DNA of 64,000 nucleotides, taken from the NCBI RefSeq assembly GCF_964355755.1, contig NC_092675.1:18262912-18326911 (forward strand). The letters are read 5' to 3'. The notes beneath the pieces were generated by a model. That model worked only from the letters and a program-made list of their open reading frames with translations, did no database searches and was not told the origin of the DNA. Numbering within the stretch: the stretch's first letter is position 1; every line of letters begins with the position of its first letter. This stretch comes from Antedon mediterranea (Eukaryota > Animalia > Echinodermata). A program made the translations under genes and the position numbers. Below, in pieces: positions 61,579 to 64,000 of this stretch.

Positions 61579-64000
61579 GTATGCTTACCTTATGTTTATT
61601 TGTATTCATTTGTTTCAAATAGCCCTATACGTGTAAACCATGGGTTAATATCGCTTTATATAAGGAGAAAATGGTTTTGCCAGGTTTATCCAGGTAACTA
61701 TTGAGTGAATTAAATTCTATGAATTTATCATTTGAAGTAAATATTTTATAAATTGAAAATGCAGTGAATTTCTTCGGTGCAAAGAGAATAATATATGTTG
61801 TTGTTCATCAGTTTGATAATTGTGATATTGTAATTCTTCCATACAGCCTCATGGATGATTGTTGTGAACAAGCCTCCGTTTTAAAATATTAAGATTTTAT
61901 TATTGATTTTTGATTGATGTTTTAATAAAGTATATGAATTAGAATTCCTCATAGAATTTGAATGACCAAAAAAGCTTTGCTACTGTGTCTACAATAAACA
62001 ATGAAATGAACGATTCTAAAGCTCTGTCTACACTATCAAATATAGTAGTGATATGATTGTGTCCACATGTTTTTTGCATATAGTTTGATAGTGTAGACAT
62101 ATCTTAAGTATATATTGTGGTAAAATAGAAATTGACCACTTTATGTGCCTTAAAAGACAATGATGTGAAATATTGATATTATTATCACAGTTGCTAGGTC
62201 AAACATTTTGTCAATCTGTTTATATTGTCATGGTTCAGTGAATAATGCAGTTAAGGATACTAATTATCGATATCATTTGCTTGAAGTGTTTTCTCATTTA
62301 AATCTAGTGGTTGTCATTTAACAATTTATCCTCTCATACCAAATGTTACAATTTACATAGCAATCAGTGCCTTTTTCTGAGGGTATTGTTACTTTGGACT
62401 TACGGTATGTATTATAGTTATATGGTACTGTACATACTCAGGAATGCATTTTGAACAAAAATGTAGAATAGGTAAAGAATTCGTTTGAATTGGATGATGG
62501 GTTTGTTTGAATGTTTTTATGGAATCTTCTTATGGGCTGTTTAAGAAAAATAATAATATTACAGTATTAACCTGGAACCAAATCTTCTAGATTGAAAATA
62601 ATGATTACAGTAGTTTAGAAAAACTAACATTTCATCATATTACATCCATTATTGTGTAAACAGTAAATATATGATATCCAATCAGTCGGTTAAGTAATAG
62701 AAATCTTTAATTTATTCAAGATCAAGTCTGACCTAAAACTCAGTAAGACGGACTAAATGACTTGCTAAGAATGAAGTAAACTAACTCTAGAATACAATTT
62801 TTTTTAATTGGCCACAAATATCAAATTCTAATTTTGTAGACGGATGCTTAATTTACAAAAGACAGTAGAGAAAATTTAAAATGTTTTGTTAATGACATTG
62901 TCACTAATGACTGCCGAGCACTGACTGCAGAGCACTGAGCTAGTGCAATTAGGTTCATTTAAATGTAATGACCTTTGCTATTTCCAGCTTTGGTTGTTCA
63001 TTCAGCATGAAACCGATGTAAATAAATTAAAAGCAAACAGTAGGAATCTGTTTGAATTACTAGCTACTATAACGTACTAGGGTTTTGCATTGTGTGAAAT
63101 AATTTGGTTAAAAACAATAATATAGAAAATATTGTTTTAAACCTTTTATATTTGCTTAAATTTATTATTTTTTAAATTTGACTCTATGCATGTGTATACA
63201 CCTTTAAATGTCACTTAGCATACACAGTGTAGTTTAATTTGCTTTTGATAAATCAAGCAATTAAAATCATATTTATAAATATTAATAATCTGTGTGTTTA
63301 ACTTGATGCAATGAATGAACACAAGTACTTGATACAACAGCAGAGCAAAATAGATTTAATTTAAATGTATTATCTAATTAAATATTAAATTTAATTCTAT
63401 CAATAATAATGCGCTGCTCTCACAGCATTTATTTGGTCCAATAAAACATATCGGAAATTCATTTTTTCACTATTTAAACAACGAATAATATAAGAACATA
63501 CACTATACAAAATTACACATAAACGTTATACACAATAAATTACTTAAATGGAACCAAATTAGAGAGATAATAAATATTTTATAAAGTTAAATTTGACCTT
63601 AGCGTGTGTGTAGTATTGAATAGTTGAAAAAACTCCCTCTTTATTTAGTTAGTTAACATAATATTATTGATTCAAGAAATTGTATAGAATCACTCAATAA
63701 ACTTAAATAAAAAGAAAAATGATTACTAGGTTATTTAATTTCATGAAGTCAATGCGATTATAAAATTCTACAGGAGATACATTGTATGTAAGAATAAGCT
63801 ATTTGGTGAAAATTATTTTTTCGTATTGATTTCTAATATTTAAATAATGGAAATGGTTTTGAATACAAATTTATTTGTATTGATTTCAGTGTCTTATTTT
63901 CTGATATTACAGTACATCATCCATAAATTTTCAGAAATACAATACCTCATGATTGAAATGTTGATAATAAATGATTAAGCTAAAGTGTGTTTAAATGTGT

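Overview
This is AT-rich, intron-dense animal genomic DNA, probably from a marine invertebrate; an echinoderm-like deuterostome is my guess from the repeat landscape only. Three host genes can be read. (1) A + strand membrane-associated collagen (MACIT, collagen XIII/XXIII/XXV family): 29 coding exons traced from 1382 to the stop at 44035, ending in the diagnostic [18 protein letters not shown] tail; its TM/furin exons lie upstream of the window. (2) A - strand 4-exon gene (52861-49763) with a highly divergent forkhead domain split over three exons. (3) The first exons of GBF1 (+, ATG 60792). Introns and intergenic DNA hold a Mag-type Gypsy LTR element with identical LTRs and an odd third LTR, a Penelope-like element, a CR1/L2 fragment, four Kolobok-type TTAA elements, a Harbinger-like MITE family, 5S- and Meta-type SINEs, and a 5.5-kb composite Helitron with a ~0.9-kb fold-back. 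The most notable non-coding signal is an intact type I hammerhead ribozyme on the sense strand of a collagen intron (24522-24577), with decayed hammerheads elsewhere in the same gene. All calls were made by eye; no searches were run.
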